From Pseudomonadota bacterium (GTDB lineage: Bacteria > Desulfobacterota > Desulfobacteria > Desulfobacterales > JBDRRP01): DNA of 20,000 nt. Below are positions 17,541 to 20,000 of the stretch, in pieces. Below the pieces are notes generated by a model. That model had not been told where the DNA came from. It saw only the letters and a program-made list of their open reading frames with translations, and did no database searches. Both the position numbers and the translations under genes were made by a program. Position 1 is the first letter of the stretch. Each line of letters opens with the position of its first letter. The stretch is taken from positions 57,221 to 77,220 of the forward strand of contig JBDRRP010000155.1 of NCBI GenBank assembly GCA_043825735.1, written 5' to 3'.

Positions 17541-18725
17541 ATGCCCCTCACTGATACCGCCATCCGCAATGCCAAGACCCGCGAAAAAGCATACAAAATA
17601 ACCGACAGGGCCGGTCTCTACCTCCTGGTCCAGCGGTCGGGTAAATATTTCCGTTTTGATTATCGCTTCCAGGGAAAACGAAAGACACTTGCCCTCGGCG
17701 TCTATCCGAATGTATCGCTCAAAACCGCCAGGGAAAAGCTTGAGGACGCTCGCCGGCTGCTGAAAAACGATATCGATCCCTCCGAATACCGAAAAACAAA
17801 CAAGACCATACTCAAGGAACAGGTGGACAACAGCTTCGAAGTTCTATCGCGCGAGTGGTTCGCAAAAAACAAACATATCTGGACTCATGGGCACTCCAGG
17901 ACCATCATCCGACGCTTGGAGCTGAACATTTTCCCGTGGCTGGGGTCACGGCCGGTCGCATCTATCACCCCTCCGGAAATGTTGGCGGTCCTGCGCCGGA
18001 TTGAGGATAGAGGCGCCCTTGAGACCGCCCACCGAGTGCTTCAAATCTGCAGCCAGGTGTTTCGATATGCCATCGCCACAGGACGCGCCGAGAGAGATCC
18101 CAGCGCCGACCTTCGAGGCGCCCTACCACCCACCAAGCCCAAACGAATGTCAACCATCACCGACCCCAAGAAAATCGGCGAACTCCTCCGTGCCATAGAC
18201 GGCTACTCCGGTCACTTGATCACCCGGTGTGCCATGAGGCTTGCTCCATTAGTATTTGTGCGGCCAGGTGAATTGAGAAAGGCTGAATGGTCTGAGATCG
18301 ATCTCGAAAATGCCGAATGGAAAATCCCAGCCGAAAAAATGAAAGGACGAACCCCACACATAGTCCCCCTGTCCAGCCAAGCCGTCCAGATTTTGAGAGA
18401 GATAGAGCCGCTTTCTGGAGGGGGGCGATACGTGTTCCCCTCATTGCGGACAAACAGACGCCCTATGAGCAACAACACCGTATTGGCAGCATTAAGAAGA
18501 ATGGGGTACGCCAAGGACGAGATGAGCGGCCACGGGTTCCGAAGCATGGCCAGCACGCTTTTGAATGAGCAGGGATGGAACCGTGATGCCATTGAGCGAC
18601 AACTGGCTCATGCCGAGGGAAACAGTGTTCGGGCAGCGTATAACTACGCTGAATTCCTGCCGGAACGCAGACAGATGATGCAGGCGTGGGCTGATCACCT
18701 TGATGGACTTAAAGCCACAGTTTAA
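17541..18725 (+). CDS. P4-type tyrosine recombinase/integrase
   Basis: MPLTDTAIRNAK arm-binding N-terminus and LALGVYPNVSL. Catalytic residues are intact: VRPGELR, HGFR, LAH, AAY. AAGGAGG RBS before ATG 17541. Confidence 0.96.
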   Translation: MPLTDTAIRNAKTREKAYKITDRAGLYLLVQRSGKYFRFDYRFQGKRKTLALGVYPNVSLKTAREKLEDARRLLKNDIDPSEYRKTNKTILKEQVDNSFEVLSREWFAKNKHIWTHGHSRTIIRRLELNIFPWLGSRPVASITPPEMLAVLRRIEDRGALETAHRVLQICSQVFRYAIATGRAERDPSADLRGALPPTKPKRMSTITDPKKIGELLRAIDGYSGHLITRCAMRLAPLVFVRPGELRKAEWSEIDLENAEWKIPAEKMKGRTPHIVPLSSQAVQILREIEPLSGGGRYVFPSLRTNRRPMSNNTVLAALRRMGYAKDEMSGHGFRSMASTLLNEQGWNRDAIERQLAHAEGNSVRAAYNYAEFLPERRQMMQAWADHLDGLKATV

Positions 18726-18824
18726 ATCGCACCATAGAAGCCACCAACACAAAGTAAGTTATAGGCCCCCGCTCCTTGCTAAACGTGTCTCCAGAAGGAT
18801 GAGGCCATAGGTAGGCATCTGGCT

Positions 18825-20000
18825 GGTTCATCCCCGCGTGTGCGGGGAACGCGCCGGAAAAAGCCGGCGACCGGGACCAAAATAAGGTTCATCCCCGCGT
18901 GTGCGGGGAACGCAACCTACAATGCGAGTAAATAAAATATGTGCCCGGTTCATCCCCGCGTGTGCGGGGAACGCATCGGCGAAGCGCTCGACAAGGCCAT
19001 AGACGCCGGTTCATCCCCGCGTGTGCGGGGAACGCTGGATATGCTGGCCGCCGAGAGTTTTGACGCGGGGTTCATCCCCGCGTGTGCGGGGAACGCTCGG
19101 AGATGCCGAGGCCGAGCAACTGTTAATGCGGTTCATCCCCGCGTGTGCGGGGAACGCGCCAGCGCCCATACAGATAACCGGGTAAACCGCGGTTCATCCC
19201 CGCGTGTGCGGGGAACGCTGACGGATGCTTCGCGCTGATTGCTGACGACACGGTTCATCCCCGCGTGTGCGGGGAACGCATCGCAAGTCGGCCGTCTGGA
19301 AGCTCGATCACCGGTTCATCCCCGCGTGTGCGGGGAACGCGACGGTTGACTGCCGGCGGAAGTGGCGCGGCGGGGTTCATCCCCGCGTGTGCGGGGAACG
19401 CCCCGGCCGCATGACCCAATAGCCATAAGGAGGCGGTTCATCCCCGCGTGTGCGGGGAACGCCCGAGCAGGAACTCGCGCTCTCCGATGTGCAGCGGTTC
19501 ATCCCCGCGTGTGCGGGGAACGCGACTCAAGGCGGATCGAGCGTCTTTATGTATGCGGTTCATCCCCGCGTGTGCGGGGAACGCCGGTTTTCCGCCTGAA
19601 TCCATGCCATTCCGAGCGGTTCATCCCCGCGTGTGCGGGGAACGCGCGGTATGGAATGACGCAACAAACGCGCATATCGGTTCATCCCCGCGTGTGCGGG
19701 GAACGCTTCAGGTCTGAGGCGTATTGCGAAACGACCTGCGGTTCATCCCCGCGTGTGCGGGGGAACGCTGTATCGCTGCCGCTGAACTCAGTGACCTCAA
19801 CGGTTCATCCCCGCGTGTGCGGGGAACGCCACCCTTGCTACGGGTGCCATTACTGCGGACGCGGTTCATCCCCGCGTGTGCGGGGAACGCTTAAAAATGA
19901 GCAGTTGATAAATTTAAAAGTGCGGTTCATCCCCGCGTGTGCGGGGAACGCCCCGCGAAGAAGTCCTGGCGCTGAACGATCACCGGTTCATCCCCGCGTG
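18825..20000 (-). CRISPR. Type I-E-like CRISPR array: 19 complete repeats plus 1 truncated by the window edge, 19 spacers
   Basis: 28-bp core GGTTCATCCCCGCGTGTGCGGGGAACGC at a 61-bp period (18825, 18886, ... 19740, then 19802 ... 19985) with unique 33-nt intervening sequences. The reverse complement resembles the E. coli I-E repeat (..GTTCCCCGC....GCGGGGATAAACCG), which implies minus-strand transcription. Confidence 0.98.

Larger units (their letters stand above)
17379..20000. mobile_element. Left part of a genomic island integrated at the ssrA 3' end
   Basis: A P4-type integrase begins 162 bp after the tmRNA CCA, with repeated TGACGGTA-like motifs in between. The second att site is not in the window. 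Confidence 0.75.

Noticed and set aside
18757..18790. CCCCGC...TGC..AACG as a degenerate extra CRISPR repeat
   Set aside because: Weak similarity and out of register with the 61-bp period.
18939..19717. ORFs 18939-19238 and 19448-19717
   Set aside because: Translations of CRISPR repeats (recurring VHPRVCGER / SSPRVRGT).
18853..19984. Self-targeting spacers, or a spacer matching ssrA/att (RNA-guided integration idea)
   Set aside because: By eye no spacer matches ssrA, the integrase or other window sequence, and the integrase is an ordinary P4 type. A proper alignment was not run.

Overview
GC-rich bacterial chromosome segment. Gene content, the tmRNA tag and the intergenic repeats suggest a sulfate-reducing Desulfobacterales-type organism (inference). 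Left to right: (1) a minus-strand Liv-type ABC uptake operon with an embedded acyl-CoA synthetase; (2) a minus-strand trio of GAF-PAS-LuxR regulator, LOG-family protein and a 75-codon glutaredoxin-like gene with two in-frame TGA (selenocysteine) codons, which the ORF track missed; (3) ptsH-ptsI and smpB; (4) a compact putative sulfur-handling cluster (MarR, DsrE2-like, TusA, NarI/DsrM-like membrane cytochrome b, DsrK/TmcB-like CCG Fe-S protein, FadL-type outer-membrane channel) between smpB and ssrA; (5) tmRNA, then a P4-type tyrosine integrase, then a type I-E-like CRISPR array starting about 100 bp downstream and running off the window edge. Three MITE-like intergenic elements from two families are also present. 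All calls come from reading the sequence; no database searches were run.
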